From an uncultured Enterobacteriaceae bacterium (GTDB lineage Bacteria; Desulfobacterota; Binatia; Bin18): a DNA stretch of 64,000 nt. This document shows, piece after piece, positions 1-9,722 of the stretch. Position 1 is the first letter of the stretch. Each line of letters opens with the position of its first letter. Location of the stretch: positions 9,312-73,311 of the forward strand of contig CAYTVL010000006.1 in assembly GCA_964441775.1 (NCBI GenBank), read 5' to 3'. The translations under genes and the position numbers were made by a program. A model generated the notes under the pieces. The model did no database searches, was not told where the DNA came from, and saw nothing but the letters and a program-made list of their open reading frames with translations.

Positions 1-2
1 CT

Positions 3-410
3 TTGCTGCAGTTGAAAGACGGACGCTACGGCTTGTTCTTTTCCGGGGGCACCTGCGTAGACGCGGACTCCGATTCCTTTCATTTTATCGGCTACGCGGA
101 ATCAGATGATCTCATACACTGGACCGTGATTAACGGCATCAACAATCCCATTGCTTCGGTCGCGCCATTTACGGTGACCTATCAGGGACACTCCGTCACC
201 GTGCCCTCAACACCACCGGTCATCGGCAATACGCAAGGTTGGTTTGAAGGGCGCGTGTACGGCCCGAATGCGATCCGCAACGGAGGCGATCCTTCTCTCA
301 CTCTCGTGTTCGCCGGCTATCACACTCCCAAGCCGAAGAATGACCTCGGCGATTATCGGACCATCGGACGAGTTAGCCTCACCGCATCCTCGGATGGTGG
401 CGAAGAATAG
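3..410 (+). CDS. Hypothetical secreted protein, C-terminal fragment (5' end outside window); glycoside-hydrolase/beta-sandwich-like
   Basis: ORF runs off the left edge. The 'SDDLIHWT' motif resembles GH43/GH32-type hydrolases. No other diagnostic motif found. Confidence 0.35.
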   Translation: MLQLKDGRYGLFFSGGTCVDADSDSFHFIGYAESDDLIHWTVINGINNPIASVAPFTVTYQGHSVTVPSTPPVIGNTQGWFEGRVYGPNAIRNGGDPSLTLVFAGYHTPKPKNDLGDYRTIGRVSLTASSDGGEE

Positions 411-512
411 ACTCCCTTTAACAAATATCATGGTAGAGAACCTTCTGTGGATGTCTTCTTGAAGGGCCATGCCTGCGAAGGTTCATTGTCATTTGTGAGC
501 TCAGGAGAATTT

Positions 513-1999
513 ATGATGCAACATGGATACAAGGTAGCAGCTTTGACTTTTTCTTTCGCTCTCCTCGCAGCCCCACTGTTGTCCGTTGCGCATGGTGACG
601 AACACCACGACATCGACCACGTCTTGTTGTTGAGCATCGATGGGTTGCACGCGCAGGATGTCGCCCGGTATGTCCGACTCAACCCGAACTCGGCACTCGC
701 GCAGTTAACAAATATGGGCCTCACTTATACGAATGCATCGACCAGCAGACCATCCGATTCATTCCCAGGTTTGCTCTCGATGGTTACAGGTGGCAGTCCT
801 CGCTCAACCGGCGTTTTCTATGACGATAGCTATGATCGCAACCTTTCGGCTCCTGGCTCAAACTGTGCAATCAAAGGGACCGAGGTCGTCTATGATGAAT
901 CCATTGATATCAACCCAACCGCCATCGATGGCGGCGGCGGTATTGATCCCACCAAATTACCACTTGACGGCGATAACGGTTGCAAACCCGTCTACCCCCA
1001 TACCTTTCTGCGCGTTAACACCATTTTTGAAGTCGCCCGGGAAGCAGGATTGTACACCGCGTGGTCCGATAAGCACCCTGCCTACGATATCGTGAAGGCC
1101 CCTCAGGCAAAGGCGTCATCGATCTGTATACACCGGAAATTGCCGCGACCGATGGCACGCTCGTGGGCACAGAAGCCTACGACGACCTGAAAGTGACTGC
1201 CGTTCTCAACGAGATCGCGGGCAAAGATCATACTGGTACAAAAAAAGCGCCTGTCCCGGCCATCTTCGGTATGAACTTCCAGGCTGTCAGTGTGACACAA
1301 AAACTGACTGGTGATGGTTATCTCGATTCAATTGGAACACCAAGCCCTGAGCTGCAAGCAGCGCTTGACCATACCGATCAATCACTCGGTAAAATGTTGG
1401 CGGCATTGGGCCAGCAAAAATTGCTCTCGAAGACAATCATCATTCTCACAGCCAAACATGGCCAGTCCCCAATCGATCCGAACAAGTACTTAAAAGTGAG
1501 CGCTTCGACAATCACGAATGTAGTGAATAGTGTCCAGCCTGGCTTATTGGCCCAGGCAACGACGGATGATGTGGCGTTGATCTGGCTCCAAGATCAAAGC
1601 AAAGTCGGTGCTGTCGTTGCTGCGTTGAGCACCAAGGCTAACGAAGCAGCGGCTCATATCCAAGAGATCTTATCAGGCGACGCTCTTAAACTCTTGTACA
1701 ATGACCCAACCACAGACTCACGCACCCCTGACATCGTCGTTCTGCCAGAGCAAGGCGTCATCTATACAGGGTCGACAAAAAAAATTGCTGAGCATGGCGG
1801 TTTCAGCAACGACGACACACACGTCGCCCTTGTCATTGCTAACCCTCACTTGCACAAGGGCGGTATCTTTACCTCTGTACAAACAACACAAATTGCTCCG
1901 AGCATTTTGCATTTACTAGACTTGGATCCCGAGGGTCTGCAAGCTGTAGATATAGAACACACACAAATCTTGCCAGGTCTTGAGGAAGATGAAGAATAA
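513..1999 (+). pseudogene. Alkaline-phosphatase-superfamily phosphodiesterase/nucleotide pyrophosphatase (type I phosphodiesterase family), secreted; reading frame broken near 1090-1112
   Basis: Signal peptide MMQHGYKVAALTFSFALLAAPLLSVAHG followed by the 'LLLSIDGLHAQDV' metal-site motif typical of PF01663. ORF 447-1190 (frame 0) and ORF 1163-1999 (frame 2) are one gene: frame 2 reads ...EGPSGKGVIDLYTPEIAATDG... from 1073 while frame 0 reads ...WSDKHPAYDIVK... up to the same point. A 1-nt indel around 1092-1100 is required. Confidence 0.6.
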
Positions 2000-2121
2000 G
2001 GGCCTGATATCTTAACGCGGCACAGAAGCGAATTCTCAACGCAAGAGATGTTTGCATAAGACATCGTTGGCTGGGACAGGGCCCATCGCGTCCCAGCTCA
2101 TTTCTCTTCCCCTTCACTATG

Positions 2122-2165
2122 TTGTAATCTTCAGGTCATCTGCTCTCAATCAAACTAGGTCAGAC
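2122..2165 (+). promoter_or_regulatory. Pho-box-like array (7-bp repeats at 11-bp period) upstream of the PLC-like phosphoesterase
   Basis: TTGTAAT-cttc-AGGTCAT-ctgc-TCTCAAT-caaa-CTAGGTC, about 45-80 bp upstream of the ATG at 2205. An RBS AAGGAGG sits at 2191-2197. Confidence 0.35.
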
Positions 2166-2204
2166 TGACGGAACCTCACAATCTTTTTCTTAAGGAGGTC
2201 CGTC

Positions 2205-4231
2205 ATGTCTCAAAACCCATTCCGACAGCGGTGGAGCGCCGCCGTCGCCTTGACCGCGCTGCTGACTGGTCAGCTCGGCGCTCCGCTTATCGCTGCCGCC
2301 CGCAACGGCAAAGAGGACGGTGGCAGAAGAGCTCGCACCGCCACGCCTATCAAGCACGTCATCGTCCTGATCGGTGAGAACCGTACATTCGACAACGTGT
2401 ACGGAGCCTACGTCCCAAAATCTGATCAACAAGTGTCGAATCTACTATCCAAGGGAATTATCAACTCTGACGGCTCACCTGGGCCCAATAAAGATGTCGC
2501 TAAGCAATTTCTTCTAAGCACGATCAATCCCCTTTCCTACTTCATCAACACGAACACCTTGATCAATCCCAATAAAACTGACTACGCTCTTCTGCCTACT
2601 CCCGAGGCAGGCGGGGCGCCGCCGCAGACCGAAACACTGAGCCAGTTTCAGAATGATCCCGTCAGCTCTGCTACACCATTTGATCCGAATACCTTTTTCC
2701 CCAGTCTGCTCGGAACATTTACCCAGGGGCTTGAGCAAAAAGATCTACACCTGCTGACCACCGGAGCTACCGGGCTGAAGAATTGTCAGGTTGACCCAAC
2801 CAAAACGCCGCTCGCCTGCGCAGAGCCCGACACGCGGATTCCCAATTATGCGAGCCTGCCCAACACGGTCTTCGAGATCGGAGGGCCGAAGCTGCCGTAT
2901 GACAGTTACACAGGGGACATGGTCCATCGCTTCTTCCACATGTGGCAGCAGTCAGATTGCGATGTGAACAATGCCACAGCGAGTGATCCTGCCGGCTGCA
3001 AGAATGACCTCTATCCCTATGTAGGCATTGCCCGTGACGATTCCGGCAGTAATGCAATGGGATTTTACAACGTGCAGCAAGGTGATGCTCCGCTGTTCAA
3101 GTGGCTCGCTGACAAATACACCATGAGCGACAATTTCCATCAGTCGGTCATGGGCGGCACTGGCGTGCAGCATACCATGCTCGGCACTGGTGACTCGATC
3201 TACTGGGAGCAAGTCGGCAGTTTTCCGGCGCAACCGCCAACCGGGCAAGTTGCGGACCCGACTCCGAAGAGCGCAACCAACGTCGCATTCGTGCAGGACC
3301 GCCGCTGGACCAAGTGCGGAGATCAGACGCAACCCGGCGTGAAACCGATCACGGATTATTTGAAGTCGCTGCCATGGCGACCAGATCAGACAGCGTCCAA
3401 TTGCGAAGCTGAGCGTTTCTACATGATTAACAACACCCGTCCAGGTTTCCTTTCGAATGGTGTTGTCGACACAGCGGGAATCAACGCTGGCTCTTCCGTT
3501 CCACCATCAACGTTACGCACGATTGGTGATGCGTTGAATGAAAAGCACATCAGTTGGGCCTACTACGGCGGCGGTTACAACGCTGCCGTGCGCTTTGACA
3601 ACGGCTCCACCGATCCGATCGACGTCATGATCGGGACGGGCGGAGACTGGTATTGCGACATTTGCAACCCGTTTCAATACGCGACCTCAATCATGGCGAC
3701 TCGGTGCAACGCCAGAAACATATCAAGGATGTGATCGATTTCTTCGACGATCTTAATCATGGTTACTTGCCCGCCGTTGCGTATGTCAAGCCTGACAGTT
3801 TCGTCGACGGTCATCCCGGGTACTCCAAGCTCGATCTCTTCGAAGGGATGATCAAGAAAATTCTCGACAAGTTGCACGCGCAGCCGGAGCTGTTCGAGGA
3901 AACGGCCTTTTTGATCACTTTTGACGAAGGCGGCGGCTATTGGGACTCAGGCTTCTTCCAGCCGATCGATTTCTTTGGTGACGGACCGCGCATTCCGCTC
4001 ATCGCCGTCTCACCCTACTCGCGTGGCGGTAAGATCGTCCACAGCTATACTGACCATGCGTCCATCCTCAAGTTCATCGAACGGAACTGGCTCTTACAAC
4101 CATTAACCAAACGCAGCCGCGATAACCTGCCTAATCCGGTAGCGACGCAGAGCAATCCCTACGTACCGCTAAACATGCCAGCCCTTGGAGATCTCTTTGA
4201 CATGTTCGACTTCGAGCACGACGAAGGGTAA
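2205..4231 (+). pseudogene. Phosphoesterase-family protein (PF04185; phospholipase C / AcpA acid-phosphatase type), secreted; frame broken around 3650-3735
   Basis: N-terminal 'HVIVLIGENRTFDNVYG' signature of the PLC/AcpA phosphoesterase family. The C-terminal ORF 3653-4231 (frame 2) carries 'LPAVAYVKPD', 'ITFDEGGGYWD' and 'GPRIPLIAVSPYSRGG' motifs of the same family. The two ORFs overlap 3653-3734 in different frames. Confidence 0.6.
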
Positions 4232-4235
4232 ACAC

Positions 4236-4272
4236 GATCAGCCCCGCCTCTCTGTGAGGGGCGGCGTGATTC
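4236..4272. terminator. Bidirectional stem-loop between convergent phosphoesterase (+) and phoR (-)
   Basis: GCCCCGCCTCTC-TGT-GAGGGGCGGC, a ~9-bp GC stem with one G-U wobble, in the 78-bp gap between two stop codons. Confidence 0.45.
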
Positions 4273-4309
4273 TCGACACAGGTGGAAGAGGCGCTGATTT
4301 CCGACCCGG

Positions 4310-5773
4310 CTATCGTCCTCTTTCCACAACGAGCGGCAAGAACAGTCGAAACGTCGTACCGTGATTGAGCTGGCTTTCGATATGGAGAAAGCCGCCGTGG
4401 GCTTGGACGATGTGCTTGACAATCGCAAGACCCAACCCCGTGCCGCCGAGTTCTCGGGAGCGCGCCTTGTCAACGCGGTAGAACCGTTGCGTCAATTTGG
4501 GAATTTCTGAGACGGGGATGCCAGCGCCCGTGTCCGCAACAGCGATATCCAGCCAGTCGCCTGAAAGCTCTACTTCTTGCTCTTGCCCGTTTGCTCCCTG
4601 TATAGTGGATTTCGGCTTGGACACGGCTTTTGCGGACACTGTCACCGTCCCGCCAGTGGGCGTGTATTTGATGGCGTTATCCACCAGGTTCAGCACCACT
4701 TGATGCAGTCGGTCATTATCGGCCACAAGCGCGGGCAGCTCTGGTGAAAATTCATGAAGTAACTGCACCCCGCCGCGCGCTGCTTTCTCGTGCACGACTT
4801 CAAACACATCATCAGTCAATTCAGGAAGCAGGACCGTTTCACGTCGTAGCTCAGTTTTCCCAAGTTCAAGATCGGACAATGTTAACAAATCTTCGATGAG
4901 GCGGCTGAGTCGCTCGGAGTGACGATCGATGATCGTCAGAAAACGTGCCGCGGTCTCAGGCTCTTTAAGTGCGCCATTCAAGAGGGTTTCCGCATACCCT
5001 TTGATCGCGGTCAGCGGAGTGCGCAATTCGTGCGACACATTCGCTACAAAGTCCGAACGCACCACCTCCAGCCGTTTGAGTTGTGTTAAATCGTGAAACA
5101 CGAGGACATAACCCGTTACCGTAACGCCGTCACCATGCACGGGCATGGCGCTGGCCGAGAGGAAGCGATGTGTTTTTCCTTCGATCTCAATTTCGCGGGA
5201 CACCGGCGCATCGCCAGGACGTCGGGTCGCCACTTCCCGCAAGAGTTCCGGCAGCACAAAGTGGCGAGAAAAAGCCTGGACGGGTTTGCCCCGCCAATCG
5301 TGGGTTGACGACAGGCCAAACAGGTCCTGCGCAGCGCGGTTACACAACATGACACTGCCGGTCGGATCAATTACGAGCACGCCTTCAGCCATACTTTGTA
5401 AGACCGCCTCCAGCTTTTTTTCTTCGCTTTGCAGGGTCCGTATTTCTTCATGGAAACGACTCACGAGCCGCTGAAATCCTCGTTCCAGAGCCCCCACTTC
5501 ATCTTCATCCCACACCGGCAAGGAAGACGGGAATTCACGTAGTGGGGCTGCGTCGAGAAAATGCAGCAACCGTTGTAACCGCTTCCGCAAGTGCGCTCCA
5601 GAGAAAACCGCCAGCACGAGAGCCGCCATGCTCAACAGAGCGAGACTGGCTCCGGTCAGAAAAGAAGGAGAAGTGAGTGAGACGGAGACGAGGAGGAGAT
5701 AGACGGCAAGCGCGCCGAGGACGAGACTGGGAAAAAAGAGAACAGAGAAGAGGATGCTATTGCTCCAGCGCAT
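4310..5773 (-). CDS. phoR: Phosphate-regulon sensor histidine kinase PhoR
   Basis: Two N-terminal TM helices and a PAS region. H-box 'SHELRTPLTAIKGYAETL' and HATPase_c G-boxes 'DTGAGIP' and 'GGTGLGLAIVK'. Overlaps phoB by 17 bp and lies in the pst-phoU-phoBR operon. Confidence 0.9.
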   Translation of the reverse strand: MRWSNSILFSVLFFPSLVLGALAVYLLLVSVSLTSPSFLTGASLALLSMAALVLAVFSGAHLRKRLQRLLHFLDAAPLREFPSSLPVWDEDEVGALERGFQRLVSRFHEEIRTLQSEEKKLEAVLQSMAEGVLVIDPTGSVMLCNRAAQDLFGLSSTHDWRGKPVQAFSRHFVLPELLREVATRRPGDAPVSREIEIEGKTHRFLSASAMPVHGDGVTVTGYVLVFHDLTQLKRLEVVRSDFVANVSHELRTPLTAIKGYAETLLNGALKEPETAARFLTIIDRHSERLSRLIEDLLTLSDLELGKTELRRETVLLPELTDDVFEVVHEKAARGGVQLLHEFSPELPALVADNDRLHQVVLNLVDNAIKYTPTGGTVTVSAKAVSKPKSTIQGANGQEQEVELSGDWLDIAVADTGAGIPVSEIPKLTQRFYRVDKARSRELGGTGLGLAIVKHIVQAHGGFLHIESQLNHGTTFRLFLPLVVERGR

Positions 5774-6506
5774 CGGGATTGCACTTGTACCCTACGCCAC
5801 GAACGGTCAAGATGAAGGTCGGATTAGCGTCATCCTGCTCCAGTCGTTGACGCAAACGGCGAATATGCACGTCTACTGTGCGTGGCTCCACATATACATC
5901 TTGACCCCAGACTAAATCAAGGATTTGTCCACGGCTAAACACACGGTTGGGATACTGCAAGAAAAATTTGAGCAACTCAAATTCGCGCAGCCCTAGCCCT
6001 AGCGGCTGACCATCTAAGAACACTTCATACGTATCAAAATCGATGTGGAGCCGCCCTTTTTCATACACTTCGTGCGGTTTATCCAGCACCGCGCCATACG
6101 CGCGCCGCAACACGGCTTTGACCCGCGCCACCAATTCACGCGGACTGAACGGCTTGGTGACATAGTCGTCCGCGCCCATCTCAAGACCGAGGACTTTATC
6201 GATCTCGGAGGCGCGCGCCGTAAGAATTAAGATCGGCACTCGCGAGGTCTCGTCGCGCTCGCGCAGCTTGCGACAGACTTCGAGTCCCGACAAACCGGGC
6301 AACATCAGATCAAGCACGACCAGCGCAGGGCGTTCCCGCGCCGCGAGTGATAAGCCGATTTCACCATCGCTGGCTTCGACAACGGAAAAACCTTCAGTCT
6401 CTAAATTGTAGCGGACAAGTGCGCGAATATCAGTTTCATCCTCAACCACCAGCACTTTCCGCTTGGGTTCGTTGAAGGTTGCTCGTCCTACATTTATTTG
6501 TTCCAT
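5757..6506 (-). CDS. phoB: Phosphate-regulon response regulator PhoB (OmpR family)
   Basis: Receiver with 'VLVVEDETDIR', 'LDLMLPGLSG' and 'TKPF', plus a winged-helix C-terminus 'RTVDVHIRRLRQRL'. Operon context. Confidence 0.9.
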   Translation of the reverse strand: MEQINVGRATFNEPKRKVLVVEDETDIRALVRYNLETEGFSVVEASDGEIGLSLAARERPALVVLDLMLPGLSGLEVCRKLRERDETSRVPILILTARASEIDKVLGLEMGADDYVTKPFSPRELVARVKAVLRRAYGAVLDKPHEVYEKGRLHIDFDTYEVFLDGQPLGLGLREFELLKFFLQYPNRVFSRGQILDLVWGQDVYVEPRTVDVHIRRLRQRLEQDDANPTFILTVRGVGYKCNPDALEQ

Positions 6507-6532
6507 GTTCTCCTTACTGTTGTATAGATGAA

Positions 6533-7216
6533 TTACACCGATGCCGGCGGAGGGGAGACATGGCGAATACTTTTCCCCTTGACCATGTAAATGACCATCT
6601 CGCCGATGTTAGTGGCGTGGTCGGCGATGCGCTCTAGATATTTCGCCAAGAACAAGATCCGCACCGCTCGGCTCACGTTCTGCGGGTCTTGTGTCATGTG
6701 GGAGAGCATTTCACGAAAAATTTGCGCGGTTAAGTCGTCAACAAAATCATCTCGCTGACACACTTGTAAAGCCAGCTCGGTATCTTCACGGACAAACGCG
6801 TCGAGGCTGTCCCGCAACATCGCTCGCGTCCATTCGGCCATGCGGGGCAAATCGACATACGGTTTTAAGGGCGGCTCTTGATTCAGCTCGATGGCGCGCT
6901 CGCAAATGTTTTGCGCGATGTCGCCGATCCGTTCCAAATCCGTCGAAATGCGAATGCTGGTCATGATGAACCGCAGGTCACGCCCCGCCGGCTGGTGCAG
7001 CGCCAATAGCTTCGTGCTCGCTTCATCCACCGCTACATCGAGATAATTGATGGTATGGTCACGCCCGATGACCTCCTGAGCGATGGTGGAGTTGCGGTCT
7101 ACCAGAGAGGTCATCGCGTCACTGATCTGCTGCTCCACCAAGCCACCCATTTCGAGCACGCGGGCGCGCAGTTGTTGGAGTTCGTCTTCGTATTGTCGGT
7201 CCGTATGTAAAGGCAT
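6533..7216 (-). CDS. phoU: Phosphate signalling complex protein PhoU
   Basis: 227 aa with two PhoU repeats (paired 'D..VD'/'LERIGD' and 'LERIADHATNIGE' motifs), between pstB and phoB. Confidence 0.9.
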   Translation of the reverse strand: MPLHTDRQYEDELQQLRARVLEMGGLVEQQISDAMTSLVDRNSTIAQEVIGRDHTINYLDVAVDEASTKLLALHQPAGRDLRFIMTSIRISTDLERIGDIAQNICERAIELNQEPPLKPYVDLPRMAEWTRAMLRDSLDAFVREDTELALQVCQRDDFVDDLTAQIFREMLSHMTQDPQNVSRAVRILFLAKYLERIADHATNIGEMVIYMVKGKSIRHVSPPPASV

Positions 7217-7230
7217 GCGCGACCTCTCGT

Positions 7231-8067
7231 TCAGCCAAACCGGCCGGTAATGTAGTCTTCGGTTTCTTGCTTTTCGGGCGCCGTAAACAGCTTGTCTGTT
7301 TTACCAAATTCGATCAAGCGTCCCATGTACATAAAGGCGGTGTAATCAGACACCCGCGCTGCTTGCTGCATATTGTGCGTGACTATGACGATAGTGTACT
7401 GCTCTTTCAATTGATGAATCAGTTCTTCGATTTTGGTGGTCGCAATCGGGTCCAGGGCGGAGCAGGGTTCATCCATCAGTACGACTTGCGGCTCGACCGC
7501 GATGGTGCGCGCGATGCAGAGGCGCTGGTGTTGTCCACCCGAGAGCCCCAGGGCGTTATCATGGAGTCGATCTTTCACTTCCTCCCACAACGCCGCACCT
7601 CGTAAACTCCGCTCAACAATCTCGTCGAGCCGCGCCTTGGTGCCAATGCCGAGGATACGCGGCCCATACGCCACATTCTCATAAATGGTTTTCGGGAACG
7701 GATTCGGTTTCTGAAACACCATGCCTACTCGTTTCCGTAAATCGGTCACGTCGAGGCTGGGATCAAGAATTTCTAACTTGTCAACTAAGATGCTGCCAGT
7801 CACGCGTACGTTATCCACGAGATCGTTGAGACGGTTCAAACAGCGGAGCAACGTAGATTTTCCGCACCCGGAGGGCCCAATGAACGCGGTTACTTTATTC
7901 CTGCCAATATCCATATTGACGCTGTGAAGCGCCTGTTTACTACCGTAGAACAAACACAGGTCACGAATCTCAGTGCTCGTCTCGTTCTGGAGGACAGCAG
8001 CGTTGAGATCTTTGCCGTTTGTTGTATGCGGGACGGCAGGGGGACGTGAGCGGGTGTCGGTTGCCAT
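7231..8067 (-). CDS. pstB: Phosphate ABC transporter ATP-binding protein PstB
   Basis: Walker A 'GPSGCGKST', signature 'LSGGQQQRL' and Walker B '[11 protein letters not shown]'. Typical PstB length. Confidence 0.9.
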   Translation of the reverse strand: MATDTRSRPPAVPHTTNGKDLNAAVLQNETSTEIRDLCLFYGSKQALHSVNMDIGRNKVTAFIGPSGCGKSTLLRCLNRLNDLVDNVRVTGSILVDKLEILDPSLDVTDLRKRVGMVFQKPNPFPKTIYENVAYGPRILGIGTKARLDEIVERSLRGAALWEEVKDRLHDNALGLSGGQHQRLCIARTIAVEPQVVLMDEPCSALDPIATTKIEELIHQLKEQYTIVIVTHNMQQAARVSDYTAFMYMGRLIEFGKTDKLFTAPEKQETEDYITGRFG

Positions 8068-8079
8068 AGGCTCTACTTT

Positions 8080-9708
8080 CTAGAAAACGCCAAAGCGTAG
8101 GCGACTACGCAGGCGATTGCGCACGGCGATCGCCGTTAAGTTTAAGAGTAGAATAATAGCAATTAACAAGAGGGTCGTCGTGAACACCATCGGTTTCGCC
8201 GCCTCAACGTTGGGTGATTGGAATCCGACATCATAAATATGAAACCCGAGGTGCATAAATTTCCGTTCGAGATGGAAAAAGGGTGGATGCCCGTCCAACG
8301 GCAGCGTGGGCGCAAGTTTAACGACCCCCGTAATCATCAACGGCGCTACTTCTCCGGCGCCGCGCGCCATGGCGAGGATCATCCCGGTGAGGATACCCGG
8401 CAGTGCGCCGGGGAGGACGATTTTTCGGATAGTCTCCCACTTGGTCGCCCCAAGCGCGAGCGAGCCTTCTCGCCATTCGCGCGGGATCGCCGCCAATGAT
8501 TCTTCCGTCGCCACAATGACCACGGGCACCGTCATCAACGCCAGCGTCAACGAGGCCCAGATGATACCGCCAGTGCCGTACGTTGGCGTGGGTAATGCGT
8601 CTGCATAAAAGAGCTGGTCAATACTGCCGCCTAGCAGGTACACGAAAAAACCTAATCCAAATACGCCAAAGACAATAGATGGCACTCCAGCCAGGTTATT
8701 CACCGCGATGCGTACGACCCGCACCATCGGGCCCTGTTTGGCGTATTCACGTAAATAGAGCGCCCCGATCACGCCAAACGGCGCCACCACGACACTCATG
8801 AGCAGCACCATCATCACTGTCCCAAAGATCGCCGGAAACACGCCGCCTTCGGTGTTGGATTCTCGCGGGTCATCCCACACAAAATTCCACAAGCGGGTGA
8901 CATACAAACGCGCTCGTTCAGACCCTGACATTTGGTTCGGGAGAAAGGCGCGGACGACCGCAGCGACGGGGAGATCCTTTTCTCGTCCACCCGCAGCCTG
9001 CACGACCAGATGATAGCGTCCGTTGTTTTGGTATAGTGCTTTCAGCTCTTGCGCTTTCGTTTCGTATTGTTGCTGAAATTGGGCTATCTCTCGATCCAGA
9101 GCGGCGAGACGTTGGGCTCCTTCAGGAGTAGCGGAGCCACGAGCCGCGGTTTTCTTTGCTAGCCGTAGTCGTTCTAAGTTGTAGTTAATAGCGCCAATCT
9201 CGTTTTTTTCGACGGCGTGGATTTTCTCCAGCGTTGTTTGAGTCTGCGGGTGGATATCTTGCAACTTTTGCCACACCGCTTCATGACCCTCAGCAACAAC
9301 CTGCCCATCCAACTTGAGTTCTTTGAGAAAACCAAACAACGCCCCCCATTCCCAGCGTTCAAAATACACAGCCTTGTCAGGCATGTCCCGAGACAAGAGC
9401 TTTTCGTCCTCGACCCAGCGAAAATCAGCCCCATAAAGATCGCGGTTTGCTATCTGGAACTCGGTCCGAGACCGTGGTTTCCCGTCTGCCCCCTTGGAGC
9501 CGGGAATTTCTTCATGCGCGACGATTTGGCCCAGCAGCTCTTCTCCTCCCTGGAGTTTGACATGGATCAACTGGCCAGGCCAGAAGAAGCCGAGCGCGTT
9601 CGCGGCAACGATCGCGATCAACGACACAATCATGAGCAAACAAAATGCTAAAGCGCCGCCGGTCAGCCATACGAAAGGATCACCGCTTTTCCAGAAACCT
9701 TTGTTCAT
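8080..9708 (-). CDS. pstA: Phosphate ABC transporter permease PstA, long form with a ~270-aa periplasmic/coiled-coil insertion
   Basis: C-terminal permease core with EAA-like loop 'REGSLALGATKWETIRKIVLP'. The N-terminal half holds a TM helix followed by a large insertion. Confidence 0.85.
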   Translation of the reverse strand: MNKGFWKSGDPFVWLTGGALAFCLLMIVSLIAIVAANALGFFWPGQLIHVKLQGGEELLGQIVAHEEIPGSKGADGKPRSRTEFQIANRDLYGADFRWVEDEKLLSRDMPDKAVYFERWEWGALFGFLKELKLDGQVVAEGHEAVWQKLQDIHPQTQTTLEKIHAVEKNEIGAINYNLERLRLAKKTAARGSATPEGAQRLAALDREIAQFQQQYETKAQELKALYQNNGRYHLVVQAAGGREKDLPVAAVVRAFLPNQMSGSERARLYVTRLWNFVWDDPRESNTEGGVFPAIFGTVMMVLLMSVVVAPFGVIGALYLREYAKQGPMVRVVRIAVNNLAGVPSIVFGVFGLGFFVYLLGGSIDQLFYADALPTPTYGTGGIIWASLTLALMTVPVVIVATEESLAAIPREWREGSLALGATKWETIRKIVLPGALPGILTGMILAMARGAGEVAPLMITGVVKLAPTLPLDGHPPFFHLERKFMHLGFHIYDVGFQSPNVEAAKPMVFTTTLLLIAIILLLNLTAIAVRNRLRSRLRFGVF

Positions 9709-9722
9709 GCGTTAGTCTTGCC

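Noticed and set aside
478-503. Pho-box half-site TTGTCAT just upstream of the phosphodiesterase gene
   Set aside because: Only one convincing half-site, and it lies ~20 bp from the ATG of a well-supported signal-peptide start. This is too close to act as a -35-overlapping Pho box.
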